From a virus, in IMG/VR virus record IMGVR_UViG_3300005758_000578, positions 1 to 64,000 of that record: DNA of 64,000 nt; one strand, 5' to 3'. The notes under the pieces were generated by a model. The model was not told where the DNA came from and did not search any database. It saw only the letters and a program-made list of their open reading frames with translations. A program made the position numbers and the translations under genes. Shown piece by piece: positions 8,771 to 18,465 of the stretch. Position 1 is the first letter of the stretch, and the number at the start of each line of letters is the position of its first letter.

Positions 8771-8950
8771 ATGAATGAACTTAAATTAGATTTAAAGGGA
8801 TTTACTCCCCGGCAGTATGCTGCCCTTATTATTAAAGAAGAGTTAGGACTTACCCACGGACAAGGTGGTATAAAAATGGGTACTAACCGAGATGCTTTTT
8901 CAACATTATATAGAAGAGCTAAAGCAAAAAGAAATGGCAAATCAATGTAA
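8771..8950 (+). CDS. Small sigma70-region-4/LuxR-like HTH protein (not in the ORF track)
   Basis: 59 aa: FTPRQYAALIIKEELGLTHGQGGIKMGTNRDAFSTLYRRAKAK. Confidence 0.55.
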   Translation: MNELKLDLKGFTPRQYAALIIKEELGLTHGQGGIKMGTNRDAFSTLYRRAKAKRNGKSM

Positions 8951-9116
8951 TTTTTGTTCTGTAGAAATACCTGACAATGAAGTACTCTGTGATGACTGTT
9001 TTAACAGTAGATATATGATAGAAAAATATATCACCAGAGAAGAATTAGAGAAAGGTATTGATGAAACTAACCCTTTATTCTATGATATGGATGATAAGGG
9101 TGATGAAGAAACCTAA
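8933..9116 (+). CDS. Small zinc-finger protein
   Basis: MANQCNFC..LCDDC; ATG 8933 is the likely start. Confidence 0.5.
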
Positions 9117-9126
9117 TATTTAAATT

Positions 9127-9501
9127 ATGAAGACAAAACTAACTTTAATTATCCTAGCACCTTTAATGTTGTTGGGCTTTAATCATTTGTATTCTGTTGT
9201 ATATAAATTCAATAGAATGCGCAAACTGTATGTAGATAGATTTCAGTATTATAAGAGGAATAAACTTGTTAAAGACTCTTACTGTGAATACTATATCCAA
9301 GCTTTTGGTGAGTTCAGGTTCTGGATGTTTAAAGAGTTTGTCTTTAAAGGACATTATACAATTAAACATTTCTTTAATGATACCTATGTTTATAAGAATA
9401 TGAACGCTCATTACATTAAAGAATCCGGGGATATACCATTTATGCCAGAGTTTAATTCAATCATGGAGCACTGGAAATTACAAGGTGTTAAAAGGGGGTA
9501 G
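9127..9501 (+). CDS. Hypothetical protein with N-terminal hydrophobic segment
   Basis: 124-aa ORF. Confidence 0.55.
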   Translation: MKTKLTLIILAPLMLLGFNHLYSVVYKFNRMRKLYVDRFQYYKRNKLVKDSYCEYYIQAFGEFRFWMFKEFVFKGHYTIKHFFNDTYVYKNMNAHYIKESGDIPFMPEFNSIMEHWKLQGVKRG

Positions 9502-9520
9502 AAATATCCCCTTTATTTTT
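9491..9520 (+). terminator. Intrinsic terminator
   Basis: AAAGGGGGTA-GAAA-TATCCCCTTT followed by a T-run. Confidence 0.7.
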
Positions 9521-9528
9521 TATATTTG
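9521..9528 (+). promoter_or_regulatory. Bacteroidota -7 promoter box
   Basis: TATATTTG (TAnnTTTG) directly after the terminator and before ATG 9535. Confidence 0.5.
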
Positions 9529-9534
9529 AAGGTT

Positions 9535-9801
9535 ATGACCAACACCCAAAAACTAATAGCTGAAACATGTGATGAGATTAAAGAGTTACTTCTAGATAAG
9601 AATAGAAAGTATGGTGACTCTGCAGTAAATCCCATTAGAATACTCTCTAAGAGTAGTAATACTGAACAAATACTTGTCAGAATAGATGACAAATTAAATA
9701 GGATGAAAAACGCACAATCTGATGAAGATGAAGATGTTATTACAGATTTAATTGGTTACTTTATTTTATATAAAGTTGCTAAAAAGTTTAATAACACCTG
9801 A
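9535..9801 (+). CDS. DUF1599 / nucleotide-modification-associated domain protein
   Basis: KNRKYGDS..VRIDDKLNR..DLIGYFIL. Confidence 0.7.
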   Translation: MTNTQKLIAETCDEIKELLLDKNRKYGDSAVNPIRILSKSSNTEQILVRIDDKLNRMKNAQSDEDEDVITDLIGYFILYKVAKKFNNT

Positions 9802-9841
9802 AGATTTTAATCTTATTGTATATCAATAACTTACAGACATT

Positions 9842-9940
9842 ATGAAAAATATAAAAATTAAATTAATGTGGTTATTATTACTTATAGTAATTTCTGCAGG
9901 ATCAATTTTAACAGCGTTTCTAACATATTTATTTTTATGA
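9842..9940 (+). CDS. Small membrane peptide (not in the ORF track)
   Basis: MKNIKIKLMWLLLLIVISAGSILTAFLTYLFL*, ATGA-coupled to the next gene. Confidence 0.45.
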   Translation: MKNIKIKLMWLLLLIVISAGSILTAFLTYLFL

Positions 9941-10599
9941 GACTGATTTGCATATCTGATACACATACAATGCATGAGCAAGTAAATCTTCCTGATGGTG
10001 ATATACTAATACATGCTGGTGACTTTAGTAACCGTGGTAGTAGAAGTGATGTAGAGAATTTCTTTGCTTGGTTAATGAAAGTTAAGTCTAAGTATAGACA
10101 TATAGTTTTTATTGCAGGTAATCATGATAAATCATTTGATAATAAGTATGGTGAAATGCCAGACTGGTTAGCAGAAGGTATATTAGAGTTAGAACAGAAT
10201 AATATCTGGTATCTAAAAGATGCCTCAATAGAACTAGAGGGTATTAAATTTTATGGTATGCCTTGGACTCCTTGGTTTTATGGAGACATGTGGGCATTTA
10301 ATAAAAAGTTAGGCCCGGATATGCAAGAAGTTGTAGATATGATTGAACCCTGTGATGTATTAATTACACATGGTCCACCATTGTATACTGGAGACTTAGC
10401 ATCAAATAGTGGACAATTTGTTGGATGCCCTCATTTAAGAGAAAAGATAGAAGAGATACAGCCTAGATTACATGTTTGCGGACATATACATGAAGGTAGT
10501 GGTATCCAATTAGTAGATAGATGTATCCATGTAAATGCATCTCAACTTAATGAGCACTATGAATTAATTAATTTACCTTACTCAATTGAACTACCATGA
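9937..10599 (+). CDS. Calcineurin-like metallophosphoesterase
   Basis: SDTH, HAGD, GNHD, THGPP and GHIH motifs; start MRLICISD. Confidence 0.9.
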   Translation: MRLICISDTHTMHEQVNLPDGDILIHAGDFSNRGSRSDVENFFAWLMKVKSKYRHIVFIAGNHDKSFDNKYGEMPDWLAEGILELEQNNIWYLKDASIELEGIKFYGMPWTPWFYGDMWAFNKKLGPDMQEVVDMIEPCDVLITHGPPLYTGDLASNSGQFVGCPHLREKIEEIQPRLHVCGHIHEGSGIQLVDRCIHVNASQLNEHYELINLPYSIELP

Positions 10600-10775
10600 T
10601 AAAAGTAGAATGCACTTACTATAATTTCTTCAGAAAGAAGTTAGGCCAACGGGATTATCCCTATGTATTTTTTTATCCATTACCATTTATGGCAATATCT
10701 AAAACTGGAATTACCCATAAGTTTAGTATTACTTTAGGATGGTTGTTCTGGACAATTTATCTAAAATTTAAATGA
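10596..10775 (+). CDS. Small hydrophobic protein (not in the ORF track)
   Basis: 59-aa ORF, ATGA-coupled at both ends. Confidence 0.5.
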   Translation: MIKVECTYYNFFRKKLGQRDYPYVFFYPLPFMAISKTGITHKFSITLGWLFWTIYLKFK

Positions 10776-11875
10776 CAAAAAGAGATCAAGTACAACAGAA
10801 TGCATTAATAGAAGTAGTTAAATACAAAAGAAGTAGTGCTGTAATGAGTATGGGTTCCGGTAAAACAAAACTGGGCCTAATGCACATGCAGTATTATCTA
10901 CATGATCAAAGTAGATATCTAGTAGTAGCACCTAAAAGATCCATCTTTCAGTCTTGGATTGATGACTGTAAGAAGTTTGATTGTGAGGAACTACTAGAAC
11001 ATATCACTTTTACAACATATTTATCTTTAAGTAAAAATAAAACAGATTATGACTGTGTATATCTAGATGAGATGCATAGTCTATTAGATAGTCACTTAGA
11101 GTGGCTTGACAGTTACCGGGGAAGAATACTAGGTCTAACAGGCACACCGCCTAAACGTGGTGCCAAAGCTGAAATAGTATATAAGTATTGTCCAGTTAAG
11201 TTTACATATACTGTAGATACCGCAATTGATGATAAAATTCTTAATGACTATGAAATCCATGTGCACACTATGCCATTGGATACTAGAAATAATATTAAGA
11301 AGGAATCTAAGAAGAGTGGTGTTTGGTATACATCTGAACATAAACAATACAGTTTCTGGAATAATAAACTACAGAATGCCACTAGTGATAAAGAAGTAAG
11401 ATTTTTAAGAATCATGCGGATGAAAACACTAATGACATTACCAAGTAAAGAGAAGTATGCTATGCAACTTATGAATAGCAGCCCTAATAAATGTATAGTG
11501 TTTGCTAATACAAAAGAACAGGCAGATAAACTTTGTAGGTATAGTTATTATTCCGGGAATAAGAAATCTGAGGACAATCTTCAGAAGTTCAAAGATGGTA
11601 CTATTGATAGATTAAGCTGCGTACTACAACTTAATGAAGGTATTAATATCCCTAATCTTAAAGAGGGTATTATTCTTCATAGTTATAGTAATGAGCGTAA
11701 GTCTAATCAGCGTATTGGTAGATTATTAAGACTAAATCCAGATGATAAGTCTATAGTGCACATACTATGTTATAGTAATACTATAGATGAAACATGGGTA
11801 AAAGAAGCTTTATCAGATTTAGATCAGAGTAAGATTACCTGGAAGAACATCAATCAGTTAGAATTAGATTTATGA
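10772..11875 (+). CDS. Superfamily 2 DExH helicase
   Basis: GSGKT, DEMH, GLTGTP, EGINIP and QRIGRLLR motifs. Confidence 0.9.
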   Translation: MTKRDQVQQNALIEVVKYKRSSAVMSMGSGKTKLGLMHMQYYLHDQSRYLVVAPKRSIFQSWIDDCKKFDCEELLEHITFTTYLSLSKNKTDYDCVYLDEMHSLLDSHLEWLDSYRGRILGLTGTPPKRGAKAEIVYKYCPVKFTYTVDTAIDDKILNDYEIHVHTMPLDTRNNIKKESKKSGVWYTSEHKQYSFWNNKLQNATSDKEVRFLRIMRMKTLMTLPSKEKYAMQLMNSSPNKCIVFANTKEQADKLCRYSYYSGNKKSEDNLQKFKDGTIDRLSCVLQLNEGINIPNLKEGIILHSYSNERKSNQRIGRLLRLNPDDKSIVHILCYSNTIDETWVKEALSDLDQSKITWKNINQLELDL

Positions 11876-12261
11876 AAGTATTCACAACAACATTAGTTAA
11901 GAAAGATGGTAAGTTAGATTTTAATAATGAAGCCATTAAGAAAGTATATAACCAATTTGTTGGAGTAGTACCGGACGGTTTTACTGTTAATGTAATCTTT
12001 GAACTAAATGGTCCTAAAGCTACACTAGCTCAAATCTCTAAAGCACATGCTGCTTGTAGAGAAATTGCAGTGTTTACCGGCCATAACTTTGAAGATGTAA
12101 AGTTATTAGTAAAAGAGAAAGCAGGATTGATTATAAAAAATAATAGTGATGGGGAAACCACCACTATTATAAAATCTTTTGGAGACTGCTCTAAAGAAGA
12201 GATGAGTCAAGTAATACAAGTTACTGAAGAAATGTGTGCCAGTATGGGTATCGGCTGTTAA
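11872..12261 (+). CDS. NinB/Orf-like hypothetical protein
   Basis: AQ..H...REIA..TG..KSF.DCSKEEMS pattern. Confidence 0.45.
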   Translation: MKVFTTTLVKKDGKLDFNNEAIKKVYNQFVGVVPDGFTVNVIFELNGPKATLAQISKAHAACREIAVFTGHNFEDVKLLVKEKAGLIIKNNSDGETTTIIKSFGDCSKEEMSQVIQVTEEMCASMGIGC

Positions 12262-12593
12262 TCAGCTGATTCTTCTGGTGCACTCTCTTCAGAAGCTTTG
12301 ATCATATCAGCAGCTTCTTGTTCTAACTCTTCAGGAGTGCGCATTTCAGTAAGATTATTTTCTTTAGCAGACTTTTCAATATCATTGATAAGAATAGCTA
12401 AAGTCTCATAATGAAACTCTAATGCTTCTGTATGAGTTTGAGATTTAATCTTCTCATTCATAGCAACCACTTCTTCTTTGGAAACATCTTTTAAAAGATA
12501 CATTAATAATCCCTGTACACGGGTTAAAAATGCTCCATTAACCTTAATTTCTACAACTGTAGCTAAAGGTAATACTTCAATTTTTTCTGACAT
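12258..12593 (-). CDS. Hypothetical acidic protein
   Basis: Start MSEKIEV; TATATTTG box just upstream on the - strand. Confidence 0.65.
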   Translation of the reverse strand: MSEKIEVLPLATVVEIKVNGAFLTRVQGLLMYLLKDVSKEEVVAMNEKIKSQTHTEALEFHYETLAILINDIEKSAKENNLTEMRTPEELEQEAADMIKASEESAPEESAD

Positions 12594-12612
12594 AATACAA
12601 ATATATACAAGA

Positions 12613-13335
12613 ATGAGTAACAAACAGCAACTTAATATCTCTGATATACAAAAAAACTTAACTGATAAACTAATAGATACTCAATGGTATGGTGCACTTA
12701 ATCACTTTATTACTAAGAGTGAGTTTACTGAAATCATAGAGAAATTAGTATATGAAGTAGAGCAAGGAAAAAGATTTGTACCTAAAGTTAAAAATACTTT
12801 AAATGCATTTAAGGAATGTGATCTTAAAGATTTAAAAGTTGTAGTAATTGGTCAAGATCCTTATCCTTGGTTATACAAAAATCATCCGGACGGTACTGTA
12901 GCAGATGGATTAGCTTTTAGTTGTGGTAATAGTATGAAAATACAACCATCACTAGAATATATCTATAATGCTATGGGTAAAGATGTAGATGATAGAGATC
13001 CTGATTTAAAATATCTAGCAAACCAGGGTGTATTACTATTAAATAGTGCACTCACTGTAGAGGTAAATAAACCGGGAACTCACTATACTATCTGGAAGCC
13101 ATTTATAAACATAGTAATTGATACAATTAATTACCATAAATCAAATATTGTTTATATATTGCTTGGTAAAGTAGCACAGCAGTTTGAAGATATGATATCT
13201 GATGAAAACCTTATCCTAAAAGCATCACATCCAGCAAGTGCTGGATATAATGGTGGGGTTTGGAATTGTGATGATGTCTTCAATAAAGCTAATCAGTATC
13301 TACAAGAAAAAGATAAAACTATAATACAATGGTAA
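12613..13335 (+). CDS. ung: Uracil-DNA glycosylase, family 1
   Basis: GQDPY, GLAFS, GVLLLNSALTV and HPAS motifs. Confidence 0.92.
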   Translation: MSNKQQLNISDIQKNLTDKLIDTQWYGALNHFITKSEFTEIIEKLVYEVEQGKRFVPKVKNTLNAFKECDLKDLKVVVIGQDPYPWLYKNHPDGTVADGLAFSCGNSMKIQPSLEYIYNAMGKDVDDRDPDLKYLANQGVLLLNSALTVEVNKPGTHYTIWKPFINIVIDTINYHKSNIVYILLGKVAQQFEDMISDENLILKASHPASAGYNGGVWNCDDVFNKANQYLQEKDKTIIQW

Positions 13336-13523
13336 GAGACTTTATTGACCTAGTAATTTGTACTTACATTAATAAGAGGTACAAAGAAAAAAACCCAGCT
13401 GTTGTAGCTAGGTTTCTTAAATTAAAACATGGTATAACTTGTTCTACTGATGTGATCAGTAACAGGTATAACTTAGAAAAATGCTCTCTTGAGTCTAAAG
13501 CCAACGTAAATAGCAATAGCTAA
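13329..13523 (+). CDS. Hypothetical protein
   Basis: 64-aa ORF; 3' end overlaps a convergent gene. Confidence 0.4.
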   Translation: MVRDFIDLVICTYINKRYKEKNPAVVARFLKLKHGITCSTDVISNRYNLEKCSLESKANVNSNS

Positions 13524-14000
13524 TAGAAGACCATAGAGCTCTGCTTTTAACTTTTTAATATCAGAGCTCTTATCTTTTATAATAAATTGTTGCTCTTTAA
13601 TGATACTGTCTTTAACCCTTACATCTTTTTCAATAACAGATTCATATGATCTATCACGGAGTTTCTGTACAATAGTGTTATTCTTTACAATAGTCCTGGT
13701 TTTTTCAGGACAAAAAGCACTAACAGCTCCGTTTTTGATTATAATTTTTACATCACCAACAGTAGTATCAAGACTAACTCCCTTAAGACCATCATGAATA
13801 ACCTTAGTCTCAATTAAGGTATCAACATCTGTAAGAGTATCAATATCAATAATGGTATCAATAACGGTATCAACAACGCAAAGCTTTCTCCTGAAGAACT
13901 CCTCCTTTGTTTGTTCAATATGTTTTTCTTTAAAGGCAAGCTTAACAGGGTTACATGCTAATAAGGTAACTAGTAATAAAATGGATAATCGGTATTTCAT
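13473..14000 (-). CDS. Lipoprotein with C-terminal TM helix (unimolecular-spanin-like)
   Basis: MKYRLSILLLVTLLAC lipobox, beta-rich VDT repeats and a C-terminal TM. Confidence 0.55.
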   Translation of the reverse strand: MKYRLSILLLVTLLACNPVKLAFKEKHIEQTKEEFFRRKLCVVDTVIDTIIDIDTLTDVDTLIETKVIHDGLKGVSLDTTVGDVKIIIKNGAVSAFCPEKTRTIVKNNTIVQKLRDRSYESVIEKDVRVKDSIIKEQQFIIKDKSSDIKKLKAELYGLLLAIAIYVGFRLKRAFF

Positions 14001-14006
14001 ATTGGT

Positions 14007-14318
14007 TTAAATTTTTACTGGAACCATTTGCTTGTTGACATCATAAGTTTCCTCATGTTTAGCAAATGGAATAAAAAAAGGCAACTTACTTTTCTTTTCT
14101 GCAGGTATAGCACTAGCAGATTTAAAGTAGTTACCTTTAATTAGAGAGAGATCTTTCTCTAATGATTCAATTCTTGCTTGTTGAGCACTTGATACTTCCA
14201 ACAGACGTTTGATGTCTTTTTTCATTTCTGTTACATCTGCCCATATCATCATCCCTAATATTGAGACAATTATAGGACTAGCCCAGATTTTAATTTTGTC
14301 AATAGTTGTGTTTGGCAT
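14007..14318 (-). CDS. Single-TM coiled-coil protein (holin/lysis-associated?)
   Basis: N-terminal TM followed by a coiled coil; lies upstream of the spanin-like gene. Confidence 0.5.
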   Translation of the reverse strand: MPNTTIDKIKIWASPIIVSILGMMIWADVTEMKKDIKRLLEVSSAQQARIESLEKDLSLIKGNYFKSASAIPAEKKSKLPFFIPFAKHEETYDVNKQMVPVKI

Positions 14319-14475
14319 GGTTAAAATAGGTTAGCCTTCTCCTTAGAAACCAGTCTACATTGATCTGCAGTCAGGAGAAGGCGTAACCCCCTTAAATTAA
14401 AACTATGAATGATAGAAGTTTTCAAGATATATGCAGATTTGTAGATAGGTTCTTGTGGATACGGTGTTAGTGAGT

Positions 14476-14483
14476 TATATTTG
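14476..14483 (+). promoter_or_regulatory. Bacteroidota -7 promoter box for the replication operon
   Basis: TATATTTG about 30 nt upstream of ATG 14513. Confidence 0.5.
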
Positions 14484-14512
14484 TACTCCTACTATTAATA
14501 TACAAACCAACT

Positions 14513-14968
14513 ATGAAAGAAACAATAAAAAGTAAAGAAGTAGAAGAAGAAATTGCTAAAGTAAAAGAGCAATTCAAAAGTAAGTATGGGATTAATTTAG
14601 TAATACTGACTCCATCAGATAGTATTAATAGGTTAACTATCCCAGAAACCGGTGAAATTATCAATAGACATTTAGCAAAATATAGTGTAGACCACTATAA
14701 AAAAGTTGCTAAAAAGAAATCAAGAAGAGAGGACGCTGTTATTCACAGTCAGGTATTCTGTAAGATCTGTAAAGACCTAAACTATGGTCCTAGTGAGATT
14801 GCTAGATATCTAGAAAAGGATCACAGCACTGTTATCTACTCTATTAGAAAAGCTAATGATTTATTATCTATCAATGACAATAGATTTTTAACTGTGTACA
14901 ATACCGTCAAGAGAGAGATTTTAGATAAAATGTATGGAAGAGATATTCAACATTCTAATCCAGAATAA
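14513..14968 (+). CDS. DnaA C-terminal (domain IV) HTH protein
   Basis: SRR..EIARYLEKDHSTVIYSIRK. Confidence 0.7.
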   Translation: MKETIKSKEVEEEIAKVKEQFKSKYGINLVILTPSDSINRLTIPETGEIINRHLAKYSVDHYKKVAKKKSRREDAVIHSQVFCKICKDLNYGPSEIARYLEKDHSTVIYSIRKANDLLSINDNRFLTVYNTVKREILDKMYGRDIQHSNPE

Positions 14969-15521
14969 AATCACTCCTAACCAGCATTACATGTTATACT
15001 GTCTTAGAAATAAGATACAGCCTACTGCTATTAATCCTTATGCAGAAGGAAGAGAACTTAAATTCAAAGGTCTGGTAAATGATAAATGGGAGTTACTTCC
15101 TAAAGCTATTGAACTACTAGATAAGATTGATGAGTTCTTTACTATAAAGAAAGAAGAGACAAGTAAAGTAATTGCTGGTGATGACTTTAAAGAAAACATA
15201 GTTAAGTATCTTAATTTATTTCCTAAACGCAAACTACCCAGCGGTAAGTTAGCAAGGTCTGACAAAAAGAATATAGAGAGCAACTTTAGATGGTTCTTTA
15301 AAACCTTTGAGTATTCCTGGGAAACTATTTTTAAAGCTACAGCTCACTATGTAGATGAGTATGAGAAGAAAAATTATCTATACATGCAGACCTCTCAATA
15401 TTTTATCAGTAAGACACAGCCAGACAAATCTAAAATGTCAGAACTAGCTAATTACTGTGCAATGATTGAAGATGGTGTAGATATGGATGATGATAATCAT
15501 TTTAAAGAAAGAGTAGTATGA
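14934..15521 (+). CDS. Replication-associated protein (putative initiator or helicase loader)
   Basis: Directly upstream of DnaB; wHTH-like N-terminus; FP.RKLPSGKLAR. Confidence 0.5.
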   Translation: MEEIFNILIQNKITPNQHYMLYCLRNKIQPTAINPYAEGRELKFKGLVNDKWELLPKAIELLDKIDEFFTIKKEETSKVIAGDDFKENIVKYLNLFPKRKLPSGKLARSDKKNIESNFRWFFKTFEYSWETIFKATAHYVDEYEKKNYLYMQTSQYFISKTQPDKSKMSELANYCAMIEDGVDMDDDNHFKERVV

Positions 15522-16480
15522 CAAAAGAGTTATGGATTCCTAGAAAAGATGGCTTTAAGAAAGCTTTAGAGTACATGAAAGGTAGATCTGATGGAGTAAT
15601 TAAATCTATACAGACACCTTGGCCTAAATTTAATGATGCAACCACTAACGGTATTGAGTGGAACACACTTAATGTAATTGGTGGTAGACCAGGTGCTGGT
15701 AAAACTTTGATTAAAGACCAGATTATCCGGGAAGCATTTGCTCTTAACCCAGACACACAGTTTAGAGTATTAGAGTTCAGCTTTGAGATGATTATGCAGA
15801 CATCATGTTTGCGTGATTTTAGTGCAAGTTTAGGTAAAACTTATAAGTATCTGTGTAGTGCAGAGAACAATAAACTTACTAATGAAGAGTTAGCTCAGTG
15901 TTATGAGTTAGCAAAACAGAAAGTGCACTATCCTATTGATACAGTTGAACAACCTTGTACTGTAAATGAGATGCGTGATATAGTAGATAAATACATCAAT
16001 GAATATCAGACAAAGACTATCATTACATTGGACCACAGTATCCTATTAAAGAAAGCCCCATACCATAGAGACAAATATGAGATGTTATATGAGTTTGGTG
16101 AGATGCTTACTGAAATAAAGAGGGTGTATCCTATTACAATGATTGTTCTTAGTCAGTTAAACAGAAGTGTAGAATCACCGGAAAGAAATGAGGATGGTAA
16201 GTATGGTAATTACATACTTGACTCTGATATCTTTGGTGGTGATGCTCTATTACAACATGCTGATTTAGTAGTAGGTCTTAACAGACCCGCAAAACAAAAA
16301 ATTAAATATTATGGACCTGATAGATATATCATTGAAGATGATAAGACATTGGTTATGCACTTTCTTAAAGCAAGAAATGGTGATAACCGGATGTCATTCT
16401 TTAAGGCCCAGTTTGAAAAGATGAGTGTCACAGAAATGGAGACACCACCAACACAAGAAAGAAGAATAAAAACCGTATGA
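15518..16480 (+). CDS. dnaB: DnaB-like replicative helicase
   Basis: GGRPGAGKT, SFEM, LDH, LSQLNR and KARNG motifs. Confidence 0.9.
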   Translation: MTKELWIPRKDGFKKALEYMKGRSDGVIKSIQTPWPKFNDATTNGIEWNTLNVIGGRPGAGKTLIKDQIIREAFALNPDTQFRVLEFSFEMIMQTSCLRDFSASLGKTYKYLCSAENNKLTNEELAQCYELAKQKVHYPIDTVEQPCTVNEMRDIVDKYINEYQTKTIITLDHSILLKKAPYHRDKYEMLYEFGEMLTEIKRVYPITMIVLSQLNRSVESPERNEDGKYGNYILDSDIFGGDALLQHADLVVGLNRPAKQKIKYYGPDRYIIEDDKTLVMHFLKARNGDNRMSFFKAQFEKMSVTEMETPPTQERRIKTV

Positions 16481-17031
16481 TAAGCACAAAATCAAAACAA
16501 AAACTTACAGCGGAAGAAAGAAAGAAGAGGATTCAGGACTTGTATGAATACCAGATGGAGAAATTCATGCATGAGTCTGTATCTGATCCTTTGTTTATTC
16601 CAAAAATGGCCTATAAACCGGTCATGAAAGATGAGAAGCACATAACATTCTTTGCTAGTGAAATTGAAAGAGCAGAATATTATGATGTACCAAAGAATAT
16701 CTACACTGAATTTGTTAGCAGTGAGTATATTCCTGAAGACCCAAAACGCACATTGTATAAATGGGTATTTAATCCACACTGGAGAACAGAGTATGATATC
16801 ATTGAAGCTACAGAAAGCATTCAAGAGAGATACATGATTCCTGTTGCAGAATTAAGAGTGGTGCAATTACCTGTTACACAACCACAGAAAGAAGTTAAAT
16901 TGCCATCACTGGATTTAGGTCCTACAGATGAGCCTTTTAACATGCTTACAATTAGAGATCTTGCTGCTATCATGCTGAAGAAGCCGGTTAGTAACAAGCA
17001 ATGGTTAAATGAAATTATAAAATCAAAATAA
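16477..17031 (+). CDS. Hypothetical replication-module protein
   Basis: 184-aa ORF coupled to DnaB. Confidence 0.7.
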   Translation: MISTKSKQKLTAEERKKRIQDLYEYQMEKFMHESVSDPLFIPKMAYKPVMKDEKHITFFASEIERAEYYDVPKNIYTEFVSSEYIPEDPKRTLYKWVFNPHWRTEYDIIEATESIQERYMIPVAELRVVQLPVTQPQKEVKLPSLDLGPTDEPFNMLTIRDLAAIMLKKPVSNKQWLNEIIKSK

Positions 17032-17034
17032 AAT

Positions 17035-17718
17035 ATGGCATCAAGTGTATTAGTAATCGCAGAGAGTGGTGCAGGTAAAAGCACAAGTATTGCAAACCTG
17101 GACCCAAAAGAAACATTTATTATTAATGTAGCAAACAAACCCCTTCCCTTTAAAGGATGGAAGTCTAAGTACAAAGTATGGAGTAAAGAAGATCCTACAG
17201 GTAACATGTACACAAGGCCCATTGCTAAAGAAATTGAAGCATGTCTTAAGTATGTTAGTGAGAAGAGACCAGAAATCAAAAACATTGTAGTAGATGATTT
17301 CCAGTACATCTTTGCATTTGAATACTTTGAGCGTGCTGAAGAGAAAGGCTTTGATAAGTTTACTAGCATTGCCAAAAACATGGCAGCTATTGCTAAACTT
17401 CCCATTGTGTTACGTGATGACTTACATGTATTTTTCTTGACTCACGCTGAAGAATCTCAAGATTTAGAAGGCAGAAGAAAATTTAAAGCAAAAACAATTG
17501 GTAAGTTAGTAGATAACAGTTTAACTTTGGAGGGACTATTCTCTATAGTTTTATTTGGTAAAGTAAAGAAAGATAAGGATGGTAACATCAAGTATGTATT
17601 TGAGACCCAAAACAATGGTGAGAACACATGTAAGTCACCAGCAGGTATGTTTGATTCCTTTGAGATTTCCAATGATTTAGAATTTGTAAAACAAGCAATA
17701 ATTAACTACGAAAATTAA
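17035..17718 (+). CDS. AAA_24 / Sak4-like ATPase
   Basis: AESGAGKSTS, VVDDFQY and CKSPAGMF motifs. Confidence 0.85.
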   Translation: MASSVLVIAESGAGKSTSIANLDPKETFIINVANKPLPFKGWKSKYKVWSKEDPTGNMYTRPIAKEIEACLKYVSEKRPEIKNIVVDDFQYIFAFEYFERAEEKGFDKFTSIAKNMAAIAKLPIVLRDDLHVFFLTHAEESQDLEGRRKFKAKTIGKLVDNSLTLEGLFSIVLFGKVKKDKDGNIKYVFETQNNGENTCKSPAGMFDSFEISNDLEFVKQAIINYEN

Positions 17719-17723
17719 TAACC

Positions 17724-18404
17724 ATGATTAGTACTAAAGACGTGCAAGCTACAAGTAGCTCGCCAAAGAAAACCCTGAGCCCCGGTGAACACACCGTGAA
17801 AATTAACTCTATTGGATTAGAGAGTGTAAGTTACAAAGCAGGTGCATATCACCTGATTTTGAATGTAGAAGGACCTAATATGGGCCCTGAATTTGAAGGA
17901 TTCTTGATTAACAAAGACAATCCAAATGGTCCACGTTATAAAGGTCAAATTGGTAAGATTAAGTTTGGTTATTATCCTTTCTCTGATGGTGAAACCAAAA
18001 CTGGTATTAAGATCAGCAGAGACTTGAGCATCTTACGTGCAATTCAGCAGTTGTGTATTGCTGGAAATAAACTTGAGTGGTTTGAAGAAGCAGATGGTAA
18101 ATTTGCAACCATTGAAGAGTTTGTTAAAGCAGCAGGTGTAGTTATCTGTGATGATACTACATTCCGTATGTGTGTTAATGGTAAAGAATATGAAAAGAAT
18201 GGTTATATCAACTATGATTTGTTCTTGCCTAAGTCTAGCAAAGACGCATATGCATTGGAATCTGCAACTGCAAGTCCAAGTAAATTAATTGCTTACAATC
18301 CTGAATTACATATCAAGAAAGCAAAGGTAGAAACAGTAACATCTTTTGGTGATACTAATCCTTTTACCACAGGTTCTGATACATCTACAGGATTTGAGTT
18401 TTAA
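17724..18404 (+). CDS. Putative single-stranded DNA-binding protein
   Basis: LSPGEHTVKI N-terminus, acidic/aromatic tail (TGFEF), position after a Sak4-like gene. Confidence 0.6.
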   Translation: MISTKDVQATSSSPKKTLSPGEHTVKINSIGLESVSYKAGAYHLILNVEGPNMGPEFEGFLINKDNPNGPRYKGQIGKIKFGYYPFSDGETKTGIKISRDLSILRAIQQLCIAGNKLEWFEEADGKFATIEEFVKAAGVVICDDTTFRMCVNGKEYEKNGYINYDLFLPKSSKDAYALESATASPSKLIAYNPELHIKKAKVETVTSFGDTNPFTTGSDTSTGFEF

Positions 18405-18423
18405 GTTTTAAAGTTTATTATAG

Positions 18424-18453
18424 AAAAGGGGGATTATATGGTCCCCCTTTTTT
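18424..18453 (+). terminator. Intrinsic terminator
   Basis: AAAAGGGGGA..TCCCCCTTTTTT. Confidence 0.75.
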
Positions 18454-18465
18454 ATTATTGCAGTT

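Noticed and set aside
12478-12623. Extended N-termini making ung and the 12258 gene overlap head-to-head
   Set aside because: ATG starts at 12613 (+) and 12593 (-) remove the overlap and leave a promoter-like gap.
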